Source: Octopus bimaculoides (Eukaryota). From it: a stretch of 64,000 nt of DNA. Of this stretch, positions 1 through 12,589 are shown piece by piece (the first letter of the stretch is position 1; each line of letters begins with the position of its first letter). Position numbers and translations under genes: made by a program. The notes under the pieces are model-generated. The model worked only from the letters and a program-made list of their open reading frames with translations, was not told the origin of the DNA and searched no databases. The stretch covers positions 154,732,098-154,796,097 of the forward strand of contig NC_068981.1 in the NCBI RefSeq assembly GCF_001194135.2. Direction: 5' to 3'.

Positions 1-431
1 TGTGTCATTTTAACCATTTCAGAACACAGAGAATCTGTTAGCTTCACTTTTTTAAATTTTATTTATTTATCTATTTTAAAACTTTTTTCTCATACTGTGT
101 ACCTTGAAATGTCTCTCACTGAACAAATCACACTTTTGTGACTTAGTCACTTACATAATTTTCCTTTTGGTCACATTTCTCTGGCCTTGTAATTGACACA
201 ATACCACTGCAAAGAAATTGTGTCAGTGACCAGGCTACAGAAGCAGGATAAAATATTTTGAGACTTCACAATACTATTAAGAAATAAAATAAAGTGGAGA
301 TAACAGTTTTTGTGTTTTTAAATGCAATTGTTTCATTTTCAGTATGTAAGCAACACAGAATGCATGCAAGCATACATGCATGCATACATACATGCATACA
401 TACCAATCTGCCCATACACATACATACATAC

Positions 432-549
432 AAAAATACCCTATTGTTGATGTTGAAATTCCAATGAAGGAGTCTTGGATCTCGGCTACAAACTGGCTCT
501 TTGTCTATCGACAATAAATCTTGAAATAAAACTGAATAATGACATACAT
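432..549 (+). mobile_element. Second 3'-end copy of the same (TACA)n-associated element
   Basis: gttgaaattccaatgaagg...aaactgaataatgaCATACAT matches 1440-1540 and is preceded by a degenerate CATA/CATG tract. Confidence 0.7.
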
Positions 550-564
550 GGTTGTGTGGTAAGA

Positions 565-996
565 AGGCGCAGGCATGGCTGCGTGGTAAGAAGCTTCCTT
601 CTCAACCACATGGTCCCGAGTTCAGTTCCACTGCATGGCACCTTGGGCAAGTGTCTTCTACTATAACTTCAGGTTGATCAAAAGTGGATTAGGTAAACGG
701 AAACTGAAAGAAGGTTATGTGTGTGCGTGTGTGTGTATGTATGTATACATTTGTGTGTTTGTGTGTATGTATGTATACATTTGTGTGTTTGTGTCTGTGC
801 TTGTCCCCCCCAACATCGCTTGACAACTGATGTTGGCATGTTTCCATCCCCATACTTTAGCGGTTTGGCAAAAGAGATCAATAGAATAAGTACCAGGCTT
901 ACAAAGAATAAGTTCAGGGGTCAATTTCATTGACCAAAAGGTGGTGCTTCAGCATGGCCACAGTCAAAATGACTAAATCAAGTAAAAGAATAAAAG
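565..996 (+). mobile_element. tRNA-derived SINE family A (CORE-like central domain, internal (TG)n, conserved 3' tail)
   Basis: A-box-like tggctgcgtggtaag, B-box-like gagttcagttcc, ggcaccttgggcaagtgtcttct. Further copies include 4283-4560(+), 4690-5050(-), 18470-18660(-), 19130-19290(-), 21540-21700(-), 31170-31530(-), 40760-40935(-) and 52870-53080(-). Confidence 0.85.
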
Positions 997-1078
997 TATA
1001 CATACATACATACATACATACATGCATACATACGTACATACGTACATACATACATACATAAATACATACATACATACA

Positions 1079-1543
1079 AGAAAATACCAACACTGAACTA
1101 TTCAGATTACAATCTGAACTATCCAGGTTACAAGTTCAGGTTTATAACTGTAATTACTGGGGCATTAGGATATGTAGCACACTGCCTAAATACCAATCTT
1201 GAGAAATTAGGCTTCTTAAAACCAGAAAGGAGAAAGATGATTCAAAGACTACAGATCTACGCCCTCACTGGAACTGTAAAAGTCCGTAAAACTTTCCAGA
1301 AGTTTATCATTTAATTATATATGAGTGTCTAAATATGCAACTATATGCATGACAATACATACATAAAGCAAAACATACAAATTTGTACATATACATACAT
1401 ATGTACATACATACTTACATACAAAACTACTCTGTTGATGTTGTTGAAATTCCAATGAAGGTGCCTTCTATCTAAATTAGAAACCAGCTCTTACTCTATT
1501 GGCGAAAAATCTTCAGATAAAACTGAATAATGACATACATACA
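1079..1543 (+). mobile_element. 5'-truncated RLE-type (R4/Dong-like) non-LTR retrotransposon in a (TACA)n tract
   Basis: 1120-1314 translates YPGYKFRFITVITGALGYVAHCLNTNLEKLG...IQRLQIYALTGTVKVRKTFQKFII*, typical of the C-terminus after a restriction-like endonuclease. The 3'UTR ends actgaataatga-CATACATAC. The left flank is (TACA)n. Confidence 0.7.
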
Positions 1544-1704
1544 ATCATTCATTTTTGTGTCTGCTTTCTCATGCTAGCTAGATGAATATATTATGCAGGA
1601 AACAATCACAGACATACTCACATGCAAACATACACACAAACTCGTTATATATATATATTTATGCATGTATGTACGTATGTATGTTTGTATGTGTGTATGT
1701 GTGA

Positions 1705-1754
<50 letters not shown>

Positions 1755-3209
1755 CTTCTTCTAGTTGCCACCTATTATATCCACTCACAAAGCTTTGGTT
1801 TCCTGGGGCTTCAGTACTAGCTTAAAGTGGTGCATGGGATTGAACCTGAAACTACATGGCTGGGAAGTAAACTTCTTAACCATATAGCCATATCAGGGCC
1901 TATAAATATATATATATAGGTGCAGGTGTGGTTGTGTGTTTAAAAAGTTTGCTTCCCAGCCATGTAGTTTCAGATTCAGTCCTGATGTGCACCACTCTGC
2001 AATGGTTGCACAGCAGTTATTGAAGTAGATTTTTCTCTGGTTGGATGCCCTTCCTGTTGCCAACCCTCACCTGTTTCCAAGCAAGCAAATATTTCCCAAT
2101 GGCCAGATATGTTTTCACAGAATATTGGGAAAAAATGTCACTACTTGTATGACAACAACACTCATTTACAACTATCATATGATGTCAAGGCAAGGAGACA
2201 CAAACACATACACACACTCGCTGAGAAACACACACACACACACATGATAGGTTTCTTTCAGTTCCCATCTACTTTGTTCATCATAACACCAAACACCTTA
2301 AAGAATGTACAAGGTATATTTTATCATGGCACAAACATTTGACAGTTTTTTCTCAATAAGACTAAAGGGTCTTCTCAGTCTTATATTGTTTCTGCTCAGC
2401 TGCCAGCCATTTTAAAGTGAGTACGAGATGCATTTTATGATGGTATCAGCACCAGTGAGCATGCATTGTTTCTCCACAAGATGTCCTCTCAACTCTAAAC
2501 TATTCCTATACATTCAGGTTAAAAAGTGTGATAAGACAGAGTGAGAAGGTGAGAGTGAGAGAGAGAGAGAGAGAAGTATTTTGGGATTAACTGAATGATT
2601 TGGATGAAAATGTGGTAGAGGAGGGAGCAGTGGATGAGAGAAAGCAATGGTAGCTACATGTTTGCAAGAAGACAAAAAGTGATGGATGTATCTTCTACTA
2701 TAGCCAAAATGATGGCTAAGTGGTAGCCTCATTGGTTACTGTATGGACTTACATATTCTTAGAAAGAATTAGAAATCTAAGGAAAAAGACATTAGAAATT
2801 TAAGGAAAAAAATTTCCATTGAAGGATGAACATACATTCATCTGATAAATAATATATAAATACACACACACCCACATATACATGTGTGTGTACTTGATCT
2901 TCACCATCACTTGGCAACTGGTGTTAGTTTGTTTACATCCCTGTAACTTTGCAGCTTGACAACAAGGGACTGATAGAATAAGGATCAGACTTGGCAAACT
3001 TGGTTGTCTGAATCACTTTGTATCAATAACTACATCATTTCATGATGGGATGGAAGCATAGATCACTGTCAGTGGTGGGACCCATTTCAGTAGAGAATGG
3101 TGTCAAACAAGGTGACATCTTTGCCCTATATATATATATATGTAATGTACTGATCCATGACAGAAAATTCAACAAAAAAAGTACTCCATCTGGTGAGAGA
3201 GAAATATTA

Positions 3210-3591
3210 TTATTTAAAGGTCACAATACATGTATTAAAGCGTTACTAATAGTTTCATATGTTGAGAGAACTCAAACATATTCTTCAGGCACAAACCGCA
3301 TATCATAACAAACTAAAGAAATTGAATAATAGAAGAAATGCAAAAAAAAAAACAAAAACAAAACTGAGAAGGCAGCATACAGAAAATGCAGACAGTAAAC
3401 AACGGAAAATGAAAAACAAAAACTAAAATGTTTTCTGTATGCTGCCTTCTCAGTTTTTTTTGCATTTCTTCTATTATTCAATTTATTTAGTTCGTTATGA
3501 TATGCGGTTTGCGCCTGAAGAATATGTTTGAGTTCTCTCAACATATGAAACTGTTAGTAATGCTTTAATACATGTATTGTGACCTTTAAAT

Positions 3592-3593
<2 letters not shown>
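3210..3593. repeat. Long inverted repeat (arms 3210-3386 and 3431-3593) with a hammerhead-like motif in each arm
   Basis: Arms are near-identical reverse complements apart from a few substitutions and an A-run indel; spacer 44 bp; followed by (AAC)n. Confidence 0.95.
3511..3563 (+). ncRNA. Minimal type I hammerhead ribozyme-like motif (mirror copy at 3240-3292 on the minus strand)
   Basis: GCGC-CTGAAGA-[ATATGTT(T)GAG ttct CTCAACATAT]-GAAA-CT gtt AG-TA-ATGC. Core CUGANGA and GAAA flank a 10-bp stem II; GUA cleavage triplet; stems I and III are very short. Confidence 0.5.
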
Positions 3594-3634
<41 letters not shown>

Positions 3635-5054
3635 CCAACAACAATAAAAAAAAATAATAATAATACTATATATATATATATAAACACACAAACACCTATA
3701 TAGTGGGAGAGAACAGGAATTTAGGAAATCGAGGTGAATTTCAGTAAACACATGTAAAATCCTGGCTAACAGAGTGTATAAGGAGGGGAATCAGAATTCA
3801 GGGCATTCTATACAAACTGCATATCCAAGTTCTTGTTTCATCTCCTAGACTTCTTTTTCTTCACCCCTATGCATGTAAACAATAACTTTAACAACCTCTT
3901 GACCTATCAGAGCCAGTACACTGGCTGATTTGTATTAAATCAAAGAAATGAAACTGATATATCCCCTTATCTTCATTATCTATCTACTGACATATCTCCA
4001 TAATGGATTGACAACTTGCTGCTTTGATTTATTTGATAATCTATATATTGCCATCTCTCACTCTATTTACTGGAAATAATTCAAAATATACTTCAAAATT
4101 ATTACTCTAACGTGGTCCAAACTGATGGCTAAGTGGTAGCCTCATTGGTTACTGTATGGACTTACATATTCTTTTAAAATATATATGCCATTGTGTAAAT
4201 TGATGAAATGGCCCGACAAATTATTTAAGTGGTCATGACTATTTAATAAAGATATATAACACCAATATCTCCATTCCTTTGCTTGACATGGCTGTGTGAG
4301 AAGAAGTTTGCTTCCTAACCACATGGTTCTGGGTTCAATCCCACAGTGTAGGATCTTAGGTAATTGCCTTCTACTATAGCCCCAGACCAACCAAAGCTTT
4401 CTGAGTGAATTTGGTAGATGGAAACTGTAAGAAGCCTGTCATATACATATATGTATGTGTGTGCATGTGTTTGTGTCTCCTTGTCTTGATATTGTGTGAT
4501 ACTAGTAAATGAGTGTTATTATCATACAAGTAGTGTCGCTTATTTCCAGTATATTGTGAGGACATGTCTAATCATGGGACATATTAGTCTGCTTGGAAAC
4601 AAGAGAGGGCTGGTAGCAGAAGAGGCACATCCAGCCATAGAAAATCTGCTTCAGTAATATCTGTCCTGCATACCTTTTACTAGTGTCAGTCATTAGACTG
4701 CAGCCATGCTGGGGCGCTGCCTTGAAGAATTTTTAGTCAAATGAATTGACCGCAGGACTTATTTTAAAGGCCTGTTATTTATTCTATCAGTCTCTTTTGC
4801 TGAACTGGTAACTTATGGGGACATAAACAAACCAATACTGGTTGTCAAGCAGTGGTGTGGGACACACACACACACATATATATACGACAAGGTTCTTTCA
4901 GTTTCTGTTTATCAAATCCACTTACAAGGCCTTGGTGGGCATGGGGCTTTAGCAGAAGACATATGCCCAAGGTGCTACACTGTGGGATTGAACCAAGTGT
5001 CATATGATAAGGAAGCAAACTTCTTAACTTCTTACAACACAACCATGCCTGTTC

Positions 5055-5098
<44 letters not shown>

Positions 5099-7518
5099 NN
5101 NNNNNNNNNNNNNNNNNNNNNNNNNNNNNNNNNNNNNNNNNNNNNNNNNNNNNNNNNNNNNNNNNNNNNNNNNNNNNNNNNNNNNNNNNNNNNNNNNNNN
5201 NNNNNNNNNNNNNNNNNNNNNNNNNNNNNNNNNNNNNNNNNNNNNNNNNNNNNNNNNNNNNNNNNNNNNNNNNNNNNNNNNNNNNNNNNNNNNNNNNNNN
5301 NNNNNNNNNNNNNNNNNNNNNNNNNNNNNNNNNNNNNNNNNNNNNNNNNNNNNNNNNNNNNNNNNNNNNNNNNNNNNNNNNNNNNNNNNNNNNNNNNNNN
5401 NNNNNNNNNNNNNNNNNNNNNNNNNNNNNNNNNNNNNNNNNNNNNNNNNNNNNNNNNNNNNNNNNNNNNNNNNNNNNNNNNNNNNNNNNNNNNNNNNNNN
5501 NNNNNNNNNNNNNNNNNNNNNNNNNNNNNNNNNNNNNNNNNNNNNNNNNNNNNNNNNNNNNNNNNNNNNNNNNNNNNNNNNNNNNNNNNNNNNNNNNNNN
5601 NNNNNNNNNNNNNNNNNNNNNNNNNNNNNNNNNNNNNNNNNNNNNNNNNNNNNNNNNNNNNNNNNNNNNNNNNNNNNNNNNNNNNNNNNNNNNNNNNNNN
5701 NNATATATATATATATATATATTTGAAGAAAAGCAACAAAAATTCAATAGGTTATAGCAGTACGTACGTTTCGTACAAACTTCATTTATTCATGTAGTGA
5801 GAACACTACATAAAATGTGCAATGAAAATGTACTCCTCAGCTGCATAATGGAATTTCATTTTAGAAAGTCATTTTGTAGATGTGTGCAGGCCCCTAACAG
5901 AGTCTGCCTCCTCAGGTTGGTGGGATATCTGGAAATAGGCTCTGTTAGGGACCTGCAAAAGTTGAAGTAGCATGGAATTCAAATCAAACAGTTTTGAATA
6001 ATATATATATATAAAGGACAAATTAAATAACATAGACCTATATACAATTGTGTGTGTGTGTGTGTGTGTGCGTGTGTGTGTGTGCGTGTGTGTGTGCACG
6101 CGCGCGTGCGCGCATGTGTGTGTGCATGTGCATGTGTGAGGGCATGTGCATGTGTGTGTGAATGTGTGTATAATCATGGGTGTGTGTATGTGTGTATGTG
6201 GTTTCAGCTGTATATGACTATTATCCAAACAAGAGAGTCCTCAGCACTATAGTGATAGAGTGCATTAAGATTCCAAGTTGAAGAATTCAGTATTACATAC
6301 TTACTATTCTGAATTTCTCAACTTTGAATGCCACATAACAATGAAACTTAAACAGAAATATAGCTTAATTTGCTGGAAAAATTCTTCTTCTGCTTCACAA
6401 ACATCTGTAGCTCCACACTAACTTTCATCTCATTGATTATCTATAATAACTAACCTATAAACCTCACCATCCTTTTACTAGCAGAAATTTAAATCTTCCC
6501 AACACTAATTGCTATACAGCTCAACTTCTCTTAACAATAACCTACAGCATAATTTCAACAGAAAAATTAGTGTTTGCATCAATGTTAAATACACAATCAC
6601 CTCAACAGATTTATAACTTGACACAACAAAGTATTCCAGTTACTTTAGGTGAAGGTCTTTCTCCCTAACTTCCCCAAATATTATGATTTTCCTTCACCAT
6701 AACTACCAACATTGATTTAACTGTCTCAACTGTTATAGTGAGAACATTCAGTATAACTCTCCCCTCTCTGAAGATGTTGCTGTTGTTCAACCCTAGTTCA
6801 GCTATAAATGAGTAGACTTAAGATCAAAGACATTTCATTTGTAACTATCTGGTCTTTATAGAGATATATAGAACTACATCATTCATTTTATCTTTTCCTT
6901 TTTAATATAGGTATGGTGTAATTTGAGGGGCTTTTGACTGCTATTTCTAGCAAGTCGAGCAACCACATAGTGGCATCTCAGAAGTAATCAATTTTAGTGT
7001 CTTCAATGTTCCTTGACATCCTAGTTTTTCAAACTCCACTCCTTCTATCCTAAGATTCTGAATCTCTTTGCCATGTTTTAACTTTCTCCTTGGTTTTTGA
7101 TTAATTTAGTGATAAATATTTATTACTATATCATGGTAAATGACATTGAGCATGCGGTAGTTATCAATTGGACAATACTGCAACATAATTTCAATCAGTG
7201 GTTATAAAATCATTTTACTTCACTTAGATAAATAATGCTCAAGAGAAAGATAAGAACATCCTTTGTAACTACTCAAAAGGAAATTAATATTTATTATTAC
7301 AAACTGGAACTATCATTTTCTCTAGTATTCTTTACTAAATTCCTAAGGTAATGAGATGGTAGAATTATTAGTGAGTTGGACAAGTAGCATTTCTTTGGGC
7401 TCTTTACATTCTTGGTTCAAATTTCACCAAAGCTGACTTTGATTTCCATCATGTTGAGATCAATAAAATAATTACCAGTTGAACACTGGAGTCAGTGGGA
7501 CTTACCCACTCCCTTTAA

Positions 7519-8632
7519 TCCTTTAGTTTCTAAACTGGCCATATCCAGCTCAAAATTTTCTACCTGTTTTATGTTCAAACTGGCCAGATCTGGCCTATCA
7601 CACCTACCTAACAATGTCAGTGTAAAAATATACAATTGCATCATTGAAATCTCAAAGCTACAAGATAATGCATGATTAATTTAAATCAATGTGAATAAAT
7701 ATCAGGTCATCCCATAAGTTCTGTCAGGATTTTGAATAAAGAAAACAAGTGATCAAAAGGTTATATTTAATTGAAATTTAATCATCAATGTACTTTACTT
7801 GATTATCTATGACTTCCTTCCATCTATTTACAATGTAAAACTCTTTTGGTTTCAAAGTGAAGAACTCTGAAATGTCAGTTTCGACCTCCTCCTGGCTTGC
7901 AAAAGTTATGTCCCCCAAATGATTTTGTAAACTAAGAAACAAATGNNNNNNNNNNGCTTGCAAAAGTTATGTCCCCCAAATGATTTTGTAAACTAAGAAA
8001 CAAATGGTAGTCTGAAGGAGCAAGGTCGGGAGAATAAGGTGGATGAGGAATTTTTCCCAACCAAGCTCTTTGATCTTCTTTGATGTGATCTTTGTAGTGT
8101 GGAGTCGTGCATTGTTTTGATGAAACATCACTCCTTTTTGATTCACTAAAGCAGGTCTTTTTTTCTTCAAAGTTTGGTTCAAATGCTCTAATTGCTGACA
8201 GTGGACTTGAGCATTGATTGTTGCATTAGGTGGTAACAATTCAAAGTGAATTACTCCTTTGCAATCCCACCAGATAGAGAGAAGAACCTTTTTTTCATGA
8301 AGTTCCCTTCTCAGTTGTGGTTGAGCTTCTTCCCTTTTACCAAGCCACTGTTTACGATGTTTAACATTTCGATAGAAGATCCATTTTTCTTTGGATATTT
8401 CCATGTTAGAAAGGGTTTTAATCAAAAAAATTTTAATTCTATTATTCTGTAAAATAATATTTAATTAGTTTAAATGTACACAAATGCATAAAAATAATTT
8501 TTTATTCCATTAGACATTCTAAAATACTATTAAATTTCATTCAATTTTAAAAAAGGCAAAATCGGACAGAACTTATGGGATGACCTGATAAATAAACATT
8601 ACATTTGACAGAATAATCTGAATGCTAAAAGG
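7519..8632. mobile_element. piggyBac-like TTAA-flanked MITE hosting the mariner insertion
   Basis: TTAA at 7515-7518 and 8633-8636. Ends tcctttag... and ...gaatgctaaaagg. The same family recurs in reverse at about 37040-37515. Confidence 0.7.
7702..8588 (-). mobile_element. Internally deleted mariner transposon
   Basis: Perfect 24-bp TIRs TCAGGTCATCCCATAAGTTCTGTC (7702-7725, 8565-8588) with TA duplications. Transposase C-terminal half: KWIFYRN, WWDCKGVIHFELLP, HQNNARLH (HDNARPH), frameshifted YSPDLAPSDYHLF region, HLFLSLQNHL. The N-terminal DNA-binding part is missing. Confidence 0.95.
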
Positions 8633-11381
8633 TTAAATTGCTTGCGCCAAAATTTGAAATCATTCTTTCCTAAGTACTCTTGGAAAGCCTAGAATTCTTT
8701 GCAGGAAAAAAAAAAACATTAATCCATTCTCATCTCATCTCCATACTAGTTATTAATTTAGCCTTTGCTCAATTCTGATTCAGCATACCTTTGATCAAAG
8801 GTATTCCAGTTATGACCATCCCAACCCGTCCTTTTTTTATTTATTCTTTTTATTCTCATTGTACATTGGCAATTTTGTGAGTAGAGAAAGATTTAGCTGC
8901 TATTTTTAGTAGATCAAGTGAGCCTGTAGTAGCTTATTCATTAACTCACAGATATAAATTAGTTAGAATGGATGGAAGGCAGAATCTAAAATTATTTCAC
9001 TGAACATAATTCTCCGTTATCTGTTCAGGAAATTCATTCTACTGATTTAAATTTGAACATATTATCTAAACTGAAATCATAGGTTTTTATTTAAAAAAAG
9101 AAACCCATTTTGTATTAGAAATTCATCTATAATGTTAGGAGTGTGATTTCAGAATGATCAAAACAGAGAAAAAGAAACAAAAAATCAATAGGAAGTAAAA
9201 ATAAACACAGCTTGAAACATGTTGCTGAGAGATGTATGTATTGCTTTATCAAAATTTATTTCGATAATATATGATTATAGCAATTTAAACTGAAAAGAAT
9301 TTCTACAGAATAAATCCCTATCAATACCACACACCACAATAACTATACTAACAGCAAAATGAATTATAGAAACAGTTGCCAAATTTCCATCAAATGTTAT
9401 CCTAATATCTTTAAAGGAAAAAGACAAAAGGAAGGGTGAAGTGCATAACACAGAGGAAGGTGGACTTCCTGAGAAAATGATGGGATTATCACTGCTTGAA
9501 TGCCTGCAACCATGCCTGCTCAATGACAGCTATCTAATCTAGGACTAAGCAACTGATACACTAACTGACATAAAAACAACCAACTCAATAATGGAGATAT
9601 TAACCACAGAAACATAGATAAGTCAACAGTGAAGCTTTTATGTGGTCACTCAAAACTCCATCATATCACACTTTATCTTCTTAAATAAGAAAAGGACATA
9701 TCAGATATGTAGTAGTGCATATCACTAATTAAAAAGGATGTTTACATATTGATATATCTTTGATCATAGGTCTATCTGCTGGAAGTCCATGGTATCACTT
9801 CTTTGTTGTACCTGTCAAATTGATAATAAAGTAAGGACCATTATTCTAAATGCAAGTGTTTCCATGAAGGATTATGAAGAAATGCCAGCCTTTATACATA
9901 AGAATAATTCCTCAATGCTAGACATTTACATCACTAAAATTCCTTTGACTTAGGAACCCTTACCTAGTGTAACTCACTTTCTTTACCATCATAAATGAGC
10001 AAAATGTGGTAAACTTCAAAAAAAAAAAAAAATTAAAAATGATAAAACCCCTGGAATATACAAACCAGAGAGTTGCTAATAGTTATACAAAAAGGCACAG
10101 TGCATAGTCGCTTCTCAGAAGCGAAGTATTCAGAATTCAATGCCTGAAATTTGTGTACAACAAAAGAAGGGTAAAAAATGGTTATAAATTATTAATTGTC
10201 CAATAATTAATTCTCTTTCCAATTTCTGGTCTATATAAACTATTCATTGGATTTTGTTTCCAATATTGGATCACACCCATAAAAAAAAAAGCACATTCAA
10301 TCCTCATTGTACAATGCCACCAAATATGCATGCAAAACAATTGAAACTAACCATGCTAGCCTTATATGATTATGCTTCCCTATACATAAGTGCAATAATA
10401 AGAGTATTGGTTCTAGCCATCCTCAGCCTCCCTCAAACCAACACACACACTTTTCATCTTGCTATACTACAAGCCATCATACTCTCTTTCTCTCTCTCTC
10501 TCTCTCTTCTGGAACACTTTTATTACCACCCAACACCTACTCTTAATACTCTTGGAGGAGGAGTGATTGGCAATTGCAGAGGTGGGCAAAGGTAAGGGTA
10601 TCACATCCTCCTCCTCCTCCTCTAATTCCACTATGCCTTTCCCCCATCACTTACTCCATTCACCCTATCACCCATTCTGGTTCTTCTGATGTCATTGCTC
10701 TCTCTCTCTCTCTCCCCTATTTACTAAGCAAATGTTCATGCCTTCACTTATTGATAACTCTCTACATGTACACACCCATCCTTACTTCTCAACAATTCCT
10801 TTCTGGCTTTTCTGCTGTCATCTTTCCTTTTCTAATTTCTTTCTTTGTTTAACATACTTCAGGTTACTTAGCACTCTCTTCATTTTACTGCATATTAAGT
10901 ACTCCACTACCTGTGCTGGTGTTGCCACAGAATTTGTCATGCTATGTTCCCTGGGGAATACTGAATAAGGTGGCCTCACTAGTGTTGGTGTCACAAAAAA
11001 AAATGCACCTCACACACTATAAAGTGACTGACAAATGAGCAAAGAAAACATTGGATTGAGAAATAACTTTAATCCTATTTGTCTGAGGGTTAGGGAACCA
11101 CTCAAGTGTTGGTGCCACAAGAAAAAAACCCAGTAACATCGTTGGTGCATTGGAAGAGCATCCAACCATAGAAAACGAACCAGCTGATGCATATGAGCAC
11201 TAGACTTTTGGAATAGTAGCACCTAATAAGAAATTAGACTGTGATGACCTATCCAACCCATGCCAACATGGAAACATTGGAAGTAGAGATAAAATGATGA
11301 TGATGAATAAATTGATATAGATATATACACACACATGCATAGACACATATATACAAACACAGGCATACATATATACATTAA

Positions 11382-11602
11382 CCCATTAATGCATAGCATC
11401 TAGAAAAATGGATATAGGAAAAATTACTATTGTTTGTTAAGTAAACTACCTATTGAGATTATTTTAGGTATAGTCTGCCTCTAAACTAGTGCTCTATGAA
11501 TGAACAAGCACTGTGCACAAACAAACCAATTATACATATGTACAAAACAAGTGATAATAATTTTTCCTGCATCCATTTTACTGGACACTATGCATTATTG
11601 GG
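11382..11602. mobile_element. piggyBac-like MITE
   Basis: TTAA both sides (11378-11381, 11603-11606). About 31-bp imperfect TIR cccattaatgcatagcatctagaaaaatgga / tccattttactggacactatgcattattggg. Confidence 0.8.
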
Positions 11603-12223
11603 TTAAACTTATACAAGGTAAAGGTTGACAATGACTTTGAAGTTTCAACTTGCTCATTTTTGCCAGACTGTGTTTTATTTGAGCGAGCCTTCAGTTTAAT
11701 GTTAAATTGTTTTTATATATAACTTGATATAAAAACAAACATTAATATATAAGGTGGTAAGCTGGTTGAATTGTTAGCACGCCAAGCAAAACACTTGGTG
11801 GTATTTCATCCATCTTTAAGTTCTGAGCTCAAATTCTGCCATGGTCAACTGTGCCTTTCATTCAGTAGGGGTCGATAAAACAAGTAATAATCAAGCATCA
11901 GGGTCAATGTAATTGATTTATAGTTCAAATTTATAGGAAACAAAAGACAAAGACAGGTGAAGGAACAACAAGCAGGTGTATTAGTTTAACGCTTGGAAAG
12001 AATGGAAAAGTCTTTGATGTTTTGAGCCTTGCTCTTCGACAGAATGGATTCAGAGGGAAAAAAATAGAGAGAGAATGAAAAAAAACAGAGAGAGGATGAA
12101 AAAACAAAAAATGGAGAGAGAATGAAAAACCAGAGAGAGAAAAAAATGTGTAGGGATTAATAGTTCAGCATGTTACCCCACCTCCTAAAATTGTTGGCCT
12201 TGTGCCAAAATTTGAAATCAATA

Positions 12224-12301
<78 letters not shown>

Positions 12302-12589
12302 CCTTATGTGCATGGTAAACAATGAGAGTCAAAATGACGATGTACAAATTTGGTGGATTTGAATATGAATATGCTAATCACTGTTGTGCTTTATCATTGG
12401 AGAATACTACTTCTCTTTTCAGACAAATGTGTATTCATAACACATTCAATATGTTTTGGAACACCTGGTGTTTCGATCGATATCAGCATGTAGCAACAAA
12501 TAATTTGTTTGTTGAAGTAATAAACAAGAATCATAAACTATAGTTAGATCCAATTAGTCCAGGATGCCTTTCACTTCAATGATGTGGAA

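Larger units (their letters stand above)
2710..4173 (+). repeat. Perfect 51-bp direct repeat (2710-2760 and 4123-4173)
   Basis: tgatggctaagtggtagcctcattggttactgtatggacttacatattctt is identical at both sites. Confidence 0.95.

Noticed and set aside
155-206. 52-nt minus-strand segment with strong acceptor and GTAAGT donor
   Set aside because: No frame gives ankyrin-like or otherwise recognisable protein, so it cannot be tied to the gene; splice signals alone are insufficient.
565-640. tRNA-like A/B boxes here and at many other sites
   Set aside because: These are SINE heads without a complete cloverleaf, not tRNA genes.
7906-8005. Apparent tandem duplication within the mariner ORF (also 13179-13320)
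   Set aside because: Identical sequence on both sides of a 10-N spacer indicates an unmerged contig overlap, not biology.
9275-9960. Complex-looking unique sequence with short ORFs and a possible plus-strand exon at about 9770-9830
   Set aside because: No recognisable domain in any frame; similar plus-strand candidates at 13446, 16475 and 23987 do not assemble into a coherent protein.
12010-12043. Degenerate hammerhead-like motif on the minus strand (ctgtcgaagagc aag gctc aaaa)
   Set aside because: Both core boxes are mutated (CUGUCGA, AAAA). It may be a Penelope relic but cannot be supported as a ribozyme.
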